The translations under genes were made by a program, and so were the position numbers. A stretch of DNA of 64,000 nt from an uncultured Acidimicrobiaceae bacterium (GTDB lineage Bacteria; Actinomycetota; Acidimicrobiia; Acidimicrobiales; RAAP-2). Location: the NCBI GenBank assembly GCA_963756025.1, contig CAVWMF010000007.1:102612-166611 (forward strand), given 5' to 3'. A model generated the notes under the pieces. That model had not been told where the DNA came from and made no database searches. It was given only the letters and a program-made list of their open reading frames with translations. Below, piece after piece: positions 54,154-63,730 of the stretch (its first letter is position 1; each line of letters opens with the position of its first letter).

Positions 54154-55367
54154 GGTATGACCCCAGCTTCATGGAGTCCGGAGATATCGTCCCAGGTGTA
54201 ACCCAGTTCGGCCAATATGGTTTCCGTGTGCTCGCCATGTTCGGGTGCTCGCCGTAGCTCAGGCGGCGATTCATTGAATTGGACCGGCACCGCAGGCAGT
54301 CGGTAGGTCGGCACTCCATCGATCACGACGTCACCGATATACCCATTGGCCGCTACCTGTGGATCCTCGAGGAGCTCGCTGATGGACTGCACCGGCGCCC
54401 ACGGGGCATCGAGTCCTTTGAGAAGCTCTTTCCATTCGGCGAACGTCCGCCGGCCGAACTCCTCGTCCAGCAGCGCGACGCATGCGGCTGAATTTGATCG
54501 TCGGGCCGCCATGTCGATGAAGCGAGGATCATCAGCCAGATCCGGCCGCCCGATGATCCGGCAGAAATCGGACCAGTAGCGATCAGCTTCGAGAAAAACG
54601 AGTTGGATGTGACGGAGGTCTTTCGTGCGATAAGAACCGACGAGCGGATTGAAGCTCCTTTGCCGGCTGTCTGCCGGCGCTGGCGCCGGGTCATCGCCCC
54701 CGAGGGCAGCCAGGAGATCAGACGAGAGCGTCCACATGGCCGTGGCGAGCAAGGAGACATCGACGACGGAGCCCGTGCCGGTCCGGGTTCTTTCGAGTAA
54801 CGCGGCCGATATTCCGAAGGCCAGGGCCATCGCACCATTGCGATCACCCATCGCGCCCCGCTGCATGATCGGCTGGTCCCGCTCGGGTGGTGTGAGCACA
54901 TAAGCGAGACCGCCTCTGGCGAAGAACGCCGAAGAGTCGTAGCCGGCCTGATTGGCATCAGGACCTCTCACGCCGTAGCCATTGCCGCGCGCATACACGA
55001 GCGTGGGATACCGGCTTCTGAGAGTGTCAGCATCGAGACCGAGGCGCCCCAGAGCGGCGGGGCGCAAGTTGGTGAGGAACACGTCGGCGGATGCCAGCAG
55101 CTGATGGAGCACAGCCAATCCCTGTTCCTGCTGCACGTCCAGCGCAATGGACCGCTTGCCCCGGTTGGCCAACGCCATCGAGAGATTCACACCGTCGCGA
55201 TCGCTTCCGATCCCCTGCGACGCGAGACCGCGGTAGGGATCTCCCTTGAGATGCTCGATGTGCACCACATCGGCCCCCCAATCGGCCAGCAATGCTCCGG
55301 CAACCGGCACAAAGACCCACTCCGCGAGCTCGACCACACGAACGCCTTCGAATGCACCCTTACCCAT
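54150..55367 (-). CDS. family III (CaiB/BaiF) CoA-transferase, single domain
   Basis: 405 aa. Motifs: FEGVRVVELAEWVFVPVAGALLADWGADVVHIE and GAMGDRNGAMALAFGISAALLERTRTGTGSVVDVS. Confidence 0.9.
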   Translation of the reverse strand: MGKGAFEGVRVVELAEWVFVPVAGALLADWGADVVHIEHLKGDPYRGLASQGIGSDRDGVNLSMALANRGKRSIALDVQQEQGLAVLHQLLASADVFLTNLRPAALGRLGLDADTLRSRYPTLVYARGNGYGVRGPDANQAGYDSSAFFARGGLAYVLTPPERDQPIMQRGAMGDRNGAMALAFGISAALLERTRTGTGSVVDVSLLATAMWTLSSDLLAALGGDDPAPAPADSRQRSFNPLVGSYRTKDLRHIQLVFLEADRYWSDFCRIIGRPDLADDPRFIDMAARRSNSAACVALLDEEFGRRTFAEWKELLKGLDAPWAPVQSISELLEDPQVAANGYIGDVVIDGVPTYRLPAVPVQFNESPPELRRAPEHGEHTETILAELGYTWDDISGLHEAGVIP

Positions 55368-55516
55368 GCTTCCCCCTTAGAGTCCCCCCGCTTTGGTTCG
55401 CAGAAGGATCTGCGCCCTTCATCCGCTCGGAGCGGTGGAGGGTTCCCCGCCCGGAACGATCGGGTCGAGCACGACGAGCGGAATCACCCTGTCCTCTTCC
55501 CCTCTGTGTGCGTGCG

Positions 55517-56767
55517 CTATCCGAACAAAACGGGGATCGCAGTTGCGCCACGCTCGTAAAAGCCGATGTAGCGGGGCGGTTCGACGTCGGGATCGAGCCG
55601 GAGATTGGGCAGCCTGTCCAGCAGCGCATTGATACCGACGGTCATCTCCGCCCGGGCCACGTGCATGCCGAGACAGATATGGGCGCCGTTGCCGAAGGCC
55701 AAGCTGGGCTTGAGCGATCGCGTAATCTCGAACTCATCGGGCCGTTCCCAACGAGCGGGGTCCCGATTTGCCGCACCCAGGCAGATGTGGAGCACGGATC
55801 CCTTCGGCACCTCTACACCATGGAAGTCGATGTCTTCTGTGACCCAGCGCGAGAACATGGGGTCGGTCGGCAGCCAGCGCAGGGATTCCTCGATGGCCGG
55901 CCGCAGGAGCGTCCGATCTTCGCGCACAGCCTGCAGCATGTCGGGACGCTGAAGAAGCGCAGCCAGCGTGATTCCCATCTGCTTCCACGTGGTCCCCGAT
56001 CCCGCCGTGAGAAGAAGGATCGTGAATGAGTAGATCTCGGCGTCGGTGAGGCGATGCGTCTGCCCATCCTCGTCGTTGATCTCGGCCTCGACGAGGATGC
56101 TGATGAGATCGTCCTGGGGCGACTGGCGCCTGGCCGCAACGATCGGCTTGATGATCTCCACCACTTTGGACGGATCCCCGAGGGCGGCGCGGATATCGAG
56201 AGCCTGTTCGACGGGAACGCCGAAGCTGCCGGTGATGGTCAGGACGGGAATGGCGGCACAGAAGTCGACATTGAGCTCCGCGCTGCCCTTTCCCTGAAAG
56301 CTGTCGATGAGGATGTCGACCGTCGTCTCAATCCAGTTCTTGATCCACCATTGCGCACGTGCCGGTACGAACGAGGGCTGTACGAGAGACCGGTAACGAC
56401 GATGTTGGCTGCCACCCATGGACAACATGCTGTTGAGGGGACTTATGTCGTCGGTGGAGAGCTCAATCGCTTCGGGAGATGAGGCGAAGACCTTGTCATC
56501 GCGATAGACGCTGTCGCAGGCGGCATAGCTGAACGCGGAGAAGTGTGGACGATCAGGGAACGGCAGTCCGTGGAAAAAGGCCGGGCCGTCGAACCCGGTG
56601 AGCTCGTGGACGATGCCCGGGTGCACCGGGGCTTGCTCACGGAGGTCCGCCCAGATCGGGTAGGGATCGTCCTCGTAATTGCCACCGAACAGGGCGTTGA
56701 AGTTGGCGCGCAGATCAAAAAGTTGACGGACCCGTTCGGCGTCGAGAACTGGAGTCGCCTCAGGCAT
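55517..56767 (-). CDS. cytochrome P450 (atypical I-helix TAGSGTTW)
   Basis: Track ORF runs to 56971; ATG 56767 gives MPEATPVLDAERVRQLFDL. EXXR (EESLRW), heme loop FGNGAHICLGMHVARAE. Confidence 0.9.
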   Translation of the reverse strand: MPEATPVLDAERVRQLFDLRANFNALFGGNYEDDPYPIWADLREQAPVHPGIVHELTGFDGPAFFHGLPFPDRPHFSAFSYAACDSVYRDDKVFASSPEAIELSTDDISPLNSMLSMGGSQHRRYRSLVQPSFVPARAQWWIKNWIETTVDILIDSFQGKGSAELNVDFCAAIPVLTITGSFGVPVEQALDIRAALGDPSKVVEIIKPIVAARRQSPQDDLISILVEAEINDEDGQTHRLTDAEIYSFTILLLTAGSGTTWKQMGITLAALLQRPDMLQAVREDRTLLRPAIEESLRWLPTDPMFSRWVTEDIDFHGVEVPKGSVLHICLGAANRDPARWERPDEFEITRSLKPSLAFGNGAHICLGMHVARAEMTVGINALLDRLPNLRLDPDVEPPRYIGFYERGATAIPVLFG

Positions 56768-56814
56768 CTGGTGCCGCGGTGCGTCGTGGATCGGCCGGTG
56801 ACGACATGGATCGG

Positions 56815-57036
56815 TCAGGCTCCTTCTTCGTCGGTTGCGATGCTGAGAGCCCCGGTTGGGCACGCCTCCACCGCAACGCGGATGTCCTCGGGTGCGTCGG
56901 TTATCGGATCGACCAGCACCGCCTTCGCCTCGCCATCGTGCGTGAAGGTACCCGCCGCGTAGACGAGGCACACGCCGCTGCCGATGCAGATGTCGCGGTC
57001 GATCACGATCTTCAATGGGCTGCCGGACTCAGGCAT
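56815..57036 (-). CDS. small ferredoxin, probably [3Fe-4S] type
   Basis: 73 aa read from ATG 57036 inside track ORF 56815..57348. MPESGSPLKIVIDRDICIGSGVCLVYAAG...EACPTGAL shows the C-x2-S-x2-C...CP pattern. It lies directly upstream of a P450, and its ATG lies inside the last codons of the preceding gene. Confidence 0.8.
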   Translation of the reverse strand: MPESGSPLKIVIDRDICIGSGVCLVYAAGTFTHDGEAKAVLVDPITDAPEDIRVAVEACPTGALSIATDEEGA

Positions 57037-58231
57037 CGGCCAGAACCGGGATCTCGGCGGGGGTGAAGCGGTACAACTTTTCCGCGTTGCCCCGGAGGAT
57101 CTTGTACTGAACCTCAGGGGAAAGATGGCCGATCTGCTTCTTGACGACCGAGATGCAGTTCGGCCAGGTCGAATCTGAGTGCGGATAGTCGGTCTCGCAC
57201 ATGACGTTGCCCACACCGATCTCATCGATGGAGGCGATCCCATGGGCGTCGTCGATGAAGCAGCCGTACACGTGATCACGGAAGAGGCCCCGGATGTCGA
57301 GGGTGTCGAGGTCCACCTCAGTGGTGGCGTGGCCCATGAATTGCACACCGCGCTGCACCCAGTAGCGCTGCTTGTCGAGGACCTGCTCCGCCCGCTCCAA
57401 GAAGTACGGCATCCATCCGATCTCGCCCTCCGACAGAGCGATCTTCAGTCCGGGGAATCGGGTGAACATCCCACTGAACAACCAAGCCAGCATCGCTCCC
57501 GACGTGCGGATCGCCCCCCACGACAGGTTGGCCATGAACGGTGAGTCCGGGGCGATCTGGGGCATCGTCGAGGAAGACCCGACATGCATGCACACCACCA
57601 TCCCGGTCTCGGAAGCGGTGGACATCACGGGATCCCAGTAGCGGTCCTTGTCATGGATCGTGGGGAGGCCCAACGGCGCGGGGTTTTCCGAAAAAGCGAA
57701 GGCCGTCGCGCCCTTCGCGGCGCATCGCTCCATCTCCTTCGACGCCAAAGCCGGATCCCACATCGGGATCAAGACGAGCGGGATGTAGCGGCCGGGGGCC
57801 GCTCCACACCACTCGTCGAGCATCCAGTCGTTGTAGGCCTGGAGGCAGACAAACCCGAACTCACGGTCACTCGCCTCCATGAACAGCTGCCCGCAGAATC
57901 TGGTGACGGTCGGAAAACACAGCGACGCCAGGATGCCCGCCCGATTCATGTCGTCGAGCCGCGCTGTCGGGTCATAACACCCGGGTCGCATCTCGGCGTA
58001 CGTGACCGCTTCGGGACTGAACTCCTCCTTGGACTTTCCAGCGACCGCGCTCAGCCCCGAGCTGGGGAACCGCTTTCCGTCGTACAGCCAGAACTCCATA
58101 TCCCCCTCGACCACCATGTGGGGCGCCCGGTCACGATCCTTGGCGGGTACCCGGTCGACCCAGACGTGCGGTGGCTCGAGGACGTGATCATCGACGGAGA
58201 TGAGCCAGTCCAGAGACTTGTCAAATGCCAT
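57029..58231 (-). CDS. amidohydrolase-2 (PF04909-like) family protein
   Basis: Track ORF runs to 58261. ATG 58231 (GGGGGA upstream) gives MAFDKSLDWLISVDDHVLEPPHVW. Further motifs: AYNDWMLDEW, CETDYPHSD. Confidence 0.9.
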   Translation of the reverse strand: MAFDKSLDWLISVDDHVLEPPHVWVDRVPAKDRDRAPHMVVEGDMEFWLYDGKRFPSSGLSAVAGKSKEEFSPEAVTYAEMRPGCYDPTARLDDMNRAGILASLCFPTVTRFCGQLFMEASDREFGFVCLQAYNDWMLDEWCGAAPGRYIPLVLIPMWDPALASKEMERCAAKGATAFAFSENPAPLGLPTIHDKDRYWDPVMSTASETGMVVCMHVGSSSTMPQIAPDSPFMANLSWGAIRTSGAMLAWLFSGMFTRFPGLKIALSEGEIGWMPYFLERAEQVLDKQRYWVQRGVQFMGHATTEVDLDTLDIRGLFRDHVYGCFIDDAHGIASIDEIGVGNVMCETDYPHSDSTWPNCISVVKKQIGHLSPEVQYKILRGNAEKLYRFTPAEIPVLADA

Positions 58232-58336
58232 TGTCCCCCTTTGCGCGTCGTGCGGAGCCACGACGGTAGAGCATGGTTCTACTCAAACAGGGGATCGCAC
58301 CCTCGTCAAGTCCCCTGCGGTCGGCGATGGAGAGCC

Positions 58337-59281
58337 TCAACCCGTCGCCGTGGCAGCCGCGTATTCATGGAGGGCCGGCACGACCTCCGCGAAAAGCCGG
58401 TCGAGGACCGGTCGCTGGTCCGCTCCTGCCGTTGCAGCGTGGAACACGAAATGACGGGCGCCTGCGTCGTAGAAGGCACAGAGTTTGGCCGTCACCTCGG
58501 ACGGAGTTCCAGCGGCGGCGACGCTGTCGATCATGCGGCTGAAATCCTGGTTGTACGTGCCGCCCATCGTTCGGGCCGCCTCCTCCCGGGCAATGTCGCC
58601 GTCAGGGTTGATATTGAGGAAGACCCAGACGCACCAGGAGAAACCATCGAGATCCCGCCCTGCTTCTCCGGCCGCGTTCTTGATGACGGCCACCGATTCG
58701 GCGTACCGGCGGGGCGAGTACATATAGGGGAACCAGCCGTCACCGAGTGTCGCGGCCCGTCGCATCGCCGGTTCCTTCCGACCGGCCACCACGATCGGGG
58801 GCCCGCCGGGCTGGAGGGGCGCCGGATGGATCTTCACATCCTCCATCGAGTAGTAGCGACCTTCGTGGGTGATCTCCGTGGCCGTCCACAACCGGCGAAG
58901 GAGAGGGATGATCTCGTTCGTCCGGCGGCCGCGCTCCTCGAGCGGGACGCCGACGGCCCGGAATTCTTGCGGATACTCGCCGCCGATCCCGACACCGAGC
59001 ATCAGCCGCCCGCCCGTGGCGCGATCGAGATCTGCGATCTGCTTTGCCACCAGTGCCGGCGGGTAGAGCGGGAGCAGGAGGATGGAGCAACCGACGATCA
59101 CCCGTTCGGTGACCGTTGCCAGCCGGGCCAGGCCGATCATGACCTCCGGGCTCGGGTTGCGCGACGCGATGTGCCCACCCACCCAGAGCGAATCGAGTTC
59201 CCGGGCCTCGAGTTCGTGCACCTCTCGAGCATCGCCGGCGGCGACGAGGCCGATCCGGATCTGGGAATCGGGCTCTGTCAT
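58337..59281 (-). CDS. LLM-class oxidoreductase, probable F420-dependent (Rv2161c-like) type
   Basis: Track ORF 58337..59695 is over-extended. ATG 59281 (ATGA overlap with the upstream stop, GGGAGG upstream) gives MTEPDSQIRIGLVAAG...LDSLWVGGH...GRLMLGVGIGGE, 314 aa. Confidence 0.85.
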   Translation of the reverse strand: MTEPDSQIRIGLVAAGDAREVHELEARELDSLWVGGHIASRNPSPEVMIGLARLATVTERVIVGCSILLLPLYPPALVAKQIADLDRATGGRLMLGVGIGGEYPQEFRAVGVPLEERGRRTNEIIPLLRRLWTATEITHEGRYYSMEDVKIHPAPLQPGGPPIVVAGRKEPAMRRAATLGDGWFPYMYSPRRYAESVAVIKNAAGEAGRDLDGFSWCVWVFLNINPDGDIAREEAARTMGGTYNQDFSRMIDSVAAAGTPSEVTAKLCAFYDAGARHFVFHAATAGADQRPVLDRLFAEVVPALHEYAAATATG

Positions 59282-61638
59282 TGGAGAACCTCCCTGAGCT
59301 GCTCTCGTTCGCCGGCCGAAAGCGAGAGGATCTTGTCCAGGATGTCGTCGTTGTCCTGACCGATCAACGGCCCGTGACGGAGCTCGACATCGAGATCGGA
59401 GAACAACCAGGGCTGCCGCATCACGCGGGTTCGCCCGATTTCGGGATGCTCGATCTCCACGAACACCCCGCGGGCTGCGAGATGCGGATCGGCCGCCAGC
59501 ATTTCGTTGGTCATCACCGCCATAGCGGGAACGCCCGCAGCTTGCAGGGTGGCGAACGCACCGAGCGATTCCCGCTGCGAAGTCCACGCCGTGATGGCTT
59601 CGTCGATCTCGGCGCGTGCGGCCCGCCGGGCATCCGCCGTCGGATACTGCGCCAGCCAGGCGTCGCGCCCGATCACCGAACAGAGAGCCTTCCATTCGGC
59701 CTCCTCGGTGATCGCCACGGCTACCCAGTCGTCAACTCCGGCAGAGGGGTAGACGTCGTGTGGGGCGTGCGCGCGATGACCGTTCCCCACCCGGATCTCC
59801 CAGGGAACGCCCAGCTGTTCGGCGAGGAGCGCATCGGGTGAGGAGGCCGCAGCGACCTCCCGCGATGCGAGGTCGATGTGCTGGCCCTCCCCGCTGCGGG
59901 CTCGATGCAGCAAGGCGGCCAGCGCTGCCACCGCGAGTGCGCTACCGCTGCGAAAGTCGGTGGACTCCCCTATCTCCGACGGTGGGCCGTCGGCGTAGCC
60001 TGTCTGCTCAGAGAGTCCCCCCGTCGCTCCGAAGATACTTGCGAGGCCGGCAGCCATGGCCTCGGGCCCGGTGGAGCCGTTCGCCGATGAGGAAATGACG
60101 ATCAGATCAGGACGTTTCGCCAGGAGGCTTGTGGCGTCGAGACCGAACCTCGCCATGACGCCTGGACGGAAGTTGTCGACGACGACGTCGACGTGATCGA
60201 CGAGGCGGTGTGCCAGCGCCAGTCCTTCCGTTCGGGAGAGATCAACCTGGAATGACCGCTTGGCGAGGTTCAACTCGTTGAAGTTCGGGGAGCGGTTGAT
60301 GCCCCCGTAGTCCGCCAGGAAGCCCCGCCGTGCCGGGTCGGGTCGGCGCGTCGATTCGACCTTGATGACCTCCGCCCCGAGCAGGGCCAGCAGACAAGTC
60401 CCGTAGGGGCCGGCGGCGGCCCAGGTGAAGTCCAGGATGCGGACGCCCTCCAGAGCGCGGCCAGGAGGAAGGCGCGGCTTGGCTGTCGCCTCATCGGAGA
60501 AACCTTCGGAACCACCCACTCCCCGTGCCGATTTGATGTCAATCGGAGTGGCGGAGAATTTGTAGGGGGGGCCTGGTACGACCATTCGCCCACCGGCGCC
60601 ATCGTCGATCTCGCGGAAGAAGCCGCGATGGCGGAGCTGCGGCGACGCCAGGAGGTCCGACGGCTTCGCATACGCGCCGACAGGGGCACCAAGCGGAGCC
60701 AATATCTGCACCACCTCGGCCTTGTCGTGCGCTCGGCACCATGCCTGCATCGCGGTTGCAGCCAGCTCGGCGTTCTCCATCCGGGCCGCGGCGGTCGCTA
60801 TCCGTTCATCGGCGAGCTGTCCGGCCTCGGGTGAGGCCGCCAGGGCATCCCACTGATCCGGTGTCATGCCGACGAGCTGCACCCAGCCGTCACGACAGTG
60901 CATCATGCCCATGAACCCGTAGCGACCACCGTCTCGATGCATCACTATGCCGTCGTTGTTGAAGCGACTGAGTCGGGTGCGATTGAGGGTCAGCTCCGCC
61001 TCCTGGATGGAGACGTCCACGCGTTGCCCCCGACCCGTCCGAAGCCGGTCGTACATCGCCACCAGGGCGGCGACCGCGGCGTTCCAACCGGCGTCGTACT
61101 CGGCGAGTTCGGCGCCGGCCTGGAGAGGGGGTCGTTCGGGAAACGCCTTGAAACCGGGGCCGCTCGGCAGGATCGATCCCTCGCCGCCTGCGTGGAAGGA
61201 GACCAGGTGACTGGCACGGTGCCTGGCATACGGCCCGGTGAGACCGAACGGAGTGATGACCAGTACCGTCGTCGCCTCGTCCAACCCCTCCTGGGCGTAC
61301 CAGGTGGGGTCGTCGGTGACGACCAGGTCGAACCCCGCGGCCACATCCTGGCGCTCCGGGGTCTGTTCCGGCGCTTTGGAGACGGTCCGGCTCGCCTTGC
61401 CAGTGTTCAAGTAGAGGAAGAGCCCTCCGGGTTCGCTCGGGGAAGCATCGCTTCGCCGCGGCCCCCACAATCGAGACGGGTGGCCACCGGGGGGCTCCAC
61501 TTTCACGACCTCGGCCCCGAGGTCACTCATGACCTTTGCGCAGAATGAGGCGGCAACGCCGTCGGCTAGCTCCAACACCCGCCAGCCGGCCAGCGCTCCG
61601 TTCGAAGAACCTTCCTCCGCGTCATTTCGGTTAGGCAC
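59278..61638 (-). CDS. two-domain (tandem) family III CoA-transferase
   Basis: 786 aa with a GTG start and GAGGG upstream. Domain 1 is LAGWRVLELADGVAASFCAKVMSDLGAEVVKVE. Domain 2 is ALEGVRILDFTWAAAGPYGTCLLALLGAEVIKVE. Confidence 0.9.
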   Translation of the reverse strand: MPNRNDAEEGSSNGALAGWRVLELADGVAASFCAKVMSDLGAEVVKVEPPGGHPSRLWGPRRSDASPSEPGGLFLYLNTGKASRTVSKAPEQTPERQDVAAGFDLVVTDDPTWYAQEGLDEATTVLVITPFGLTGPYARHRASHLVSFHAGGEGSILPSGPGFKAFPERPPLQAGAELAEYDAGWNAAVAALVAMYDRLRTGRGQRVDVSIQEAELTLNRTRLSRFNNDGIVMHRDGGRYGFMGMMHCRDGWVQLVGMTPDQWDALAASPEAGQLADERIATAAARMENAELAATAMQAWCRAHDKAEVVQILAPLGAPVGAYAKPSDLLASPQLRHRGFFREIDDGAGGRMVVPGPPYKFSATPIDIKSARGVGGSEGFSDEATAKPRLPPGRALEGVRILDFTWAAAGPYGTCLLALLGAEVIKVESTRRPDPARRGFLADYGGINRSPNFNELNLAKRSFQVDLSRTEGLALAHRLVDHVDVVVDNFRPGVMARFGLDATSLLAKRPDLIVISSSANGSTGPEAMAAGLASIFGATGGLSEQTGYADGPPSEIGESTDFRSGSALAVAALAALLHRARSGEGQHIDLASREVAAASSPDALLAEQLGVPWEIRVGNGHRAHAPHDVYPSAGVDDWVAVAITEEAEWKALCSVIGRDAWLAQYPTADARRAARAEIDEAITAWTSQRESLGAFATLQAAGVPAMAVMTNEMLAADPHLAARGVFVEIEHPEIGRTRVMRQPWLFSDLDVELRHGPLIGQDNDDILDKILSLSAGEREQLREVLQ

Positions 61639-61695
61639 AGTAACTACCCTCGATCGTCCGGAGGAGTATTCCGCCAGTTTCGGAGCGTAGTCTTA

Positions 61696-62565
61696 TCACC
61701 GCCGGGCCTGGACTTCACTCGGCGTGCGTCCCCCGCTACGCCTGGTGGCAACGAGGGCAGCGTTTCGTACGTGCTCTCCATAGGCCACAATCTGCTCTGC
61801 TGACATCCCGGGCGGGAAACCGTCGAGAGTGATCGCCACCAGTGACTCCCCTGCGGGGTCGAACACAGGCGAGGCAATCATGACGACGTCGTAACGCGGC
61901 CCTACATCGACGGAGCCCACCACCTTGTACGAGCGTTCGCGCAATCCGGCGAAGAGTTCGTCAGGTGACCCCGGTGCCCTCGCGCTGGGCCAAGGGGACG
62001 CCGATCGGCCCACCGGCAGGGCGGCTTCGAGGCCGACGGCCCAACCCCTTTCCCGCACCTCCCCGAGGACGGCCTCCATGCCGTCCGGGTCTTCGGCGTG
62101 GGCCAACCATCGATCGGGATCTCCCCATGCGACAAAGACGGCACCGATTGGAGGTTCGAGGGGAAGCCGTCGACCCACCTGGGCACCGACCCCCCGGGGG
62201 CGATGTTCACCGGCACGTGCCAAGAAGACGATCTCCTCTCCGGCGACCGCCGTCACGGCGACCCCGAGGCCCAACTCCTCGCTGAGTCGCCTTGCCTCAT
62301 CACGGGCGTGGTCGATCGCCGGGTGGCGCTCCAGGGCGGCACTCCCGAGGGCGACCACCGATGGACCGAGGGTGTAGGTACGCAGCCGAGGGTGGCGGCG
62401 CACGTATCCCGACTCGGCCAGCGCGCCGAGCACCGCGTGGGTCGACGCCAGATTGATCTCGAGGTGCGTCGCCAGGGCGGAGAGGCTGTACTGCTCTTCG
62501 CTGTGCGCAGCAAGGAAGTTCAGCACGGCCACCGCTCGGGTCGCCGCCAGGGCGGGGCGGGCCAT
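61696..62565 (-). CDS. IclR family transcriptional regulator
   Basis: 289 aa. The wHTH region is TRAVAVLNFLAAHSEEQYSLSALATHLEINLASTHAVL. Confidence 0.9.
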   Translation of the reverse strand: MARPALAATRAVAVLNFLAAHSEEQYSLSALATHLEINLASTHAVLGALAESGYVRRHPRLRTYTLGPSVVALGSAALERHPAIDHARDEARRLSEELGLGVAVTAVAGEEIVFLARAGEHRPRGVGAQVGRRLPLEPPIGAVFVAWGDPDRWLAHAEDPDGMEAVLGEVRERGWAVGLEAALPVGRSASPWPSARAPGSPDELFAGLRERSYKVVGSVDVGPRYDVVMIASPVFDPAGESLVAITLDGFPPGMSAEQIVAYGEHVRNAALVATRRSGGRTPSEVQARR

Positions 62566-62655
62566 TTTCCTATTCCTACTTCGAGCGTTTCGTTATTGCA
62601 AAACTCGTTTGAATGCCGCAGAGCGTCTACGTTGGCGCCCGTGACGAACATCGCA

Positions 62656-63672
62656 ATGCCGACGACGCTCGAAGAGGTCCTCGACCCCGAGTGGCTGAGC
62701 GGGGCGCTCGAGGACATCACCGATGAGGACCGCATCGTCGCGGTCGAGATGGTCGATTCCTCGCAGACCCTGGCCCAGAAGGTGCGGTTCCGGGTCACGG
62801 CCGAGAGTTCCGACGGTCGCCGGCGCATCAGGTCCTACTGCATCAAGGCGCACCTCGACGGGTCGCCCGGAACCACCCTTTTGTCCGAAGCGCACTTCTA
62901 CCGGGAGCTGGGCCCGCTGCTCGATCTGCGTACGCCGCACGCCTACCATACGGCCGTCGATGACGCTGCGGGGCAGGCGATGATCATCATGGACGACATT
63001 GTCGACATCGGCGGCCGGTTTCTCAACGCGCAAAATCCCTATTCCCTCGACACCGCGCGCGGCTCCCTGGCCCAACTCGCTCGTCTTCACGCGTCGACGT
63101 GGGATGGCGCTCGAACTGCGGGCATGGACTGGCTCTCACCCCGGATCCGGATAATGGCCGAGATGTATCCGACCGACATTCTCCAGACACTCCTCGACGA
63201 CGGCCGCGGTCCCGACTCAGCACCGGAGCTCCGTGATGCACAGAACCTGGTCGAGGCAGTGAAACGCACCGGCGACCACCCGGTCACCTGTGTGATCCAC
63301 GGCGATACGCACTCGGGCAACGTGTACCTCGACCGCGAAGGACGGCCCAGTTGGCTCGATTGGCAGATCGTGCAGCGTGGGAACTGGGCGACGGACATCA
63401 GCTATCACTTGGGTACGGTTCTCGACGTCGAGACCCGGCGCGCCCATGAGGGCGAGCTACTGCGTTACTACTTGCGGGAGCTGGAAACCAACGGGATCGC
63501 CGCCCCGGAGTGGGATGAGGCGTGGGACAAGTACACGCTCAGCTTCTCCTACGGGTACTTCCTCTGGGTCATCACGCAGATCAGCTCTCGAGAAGTGGTG
63601 CTGATCCACATCCCGCGCCTCGCTGCCGCCCTGGCCGACCACGAGACGTTTCGCAGACTCGGGGTGATCTGA
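62656..63672 (+). CDS. phosphotransferase (APH/choline-kinase-like, PF01636-type) family protein
   Basis: Track ORF 62098..63672 is over-extended across the IclR gene. ATG 62656 gives MPTTLEEVLDPEWL (GTG 62641 is also possible). The catalytic loop is VIHGDTHSGNVYLD, followed by WLDWQ. Confidence 0.85.
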   Translation: MPTTLEEVLDPEWLSGALEDITDEDRIVAVEMVDSSQTLAQKVRFRVTAESSDGRRRIRSYCIKAHLDGSPGTTLLSEAHFYRELGPLLDLRTPHAYHTAVDDAAGQAMIIMDDIVDIGGRFLNAQNPYSLDTARGSLAQLARLHASTWDGARTAGMDWLSPRIRIMAEMYPTDILQTLLDDGRGPDSAPELRDAQNLVEAVKRTGDHPVTCVIHGDTHSGNVYLDREGRPSWLDWQIVQRGNWATDISYHLGTVLDVETRRAHEGELLRYYLRELETNGIAAPEWDEAWDKYTLSFSYGYFLWVITQISSREVVLIHIPRLAAALADHETFRRLGVI

Positions 63673-63730
63673 GAGGTCGGCGGGCGCGTCCCGGGGCGGG
63701 CCAGGCCCAATGCCCATGCGGGTGATCGTC

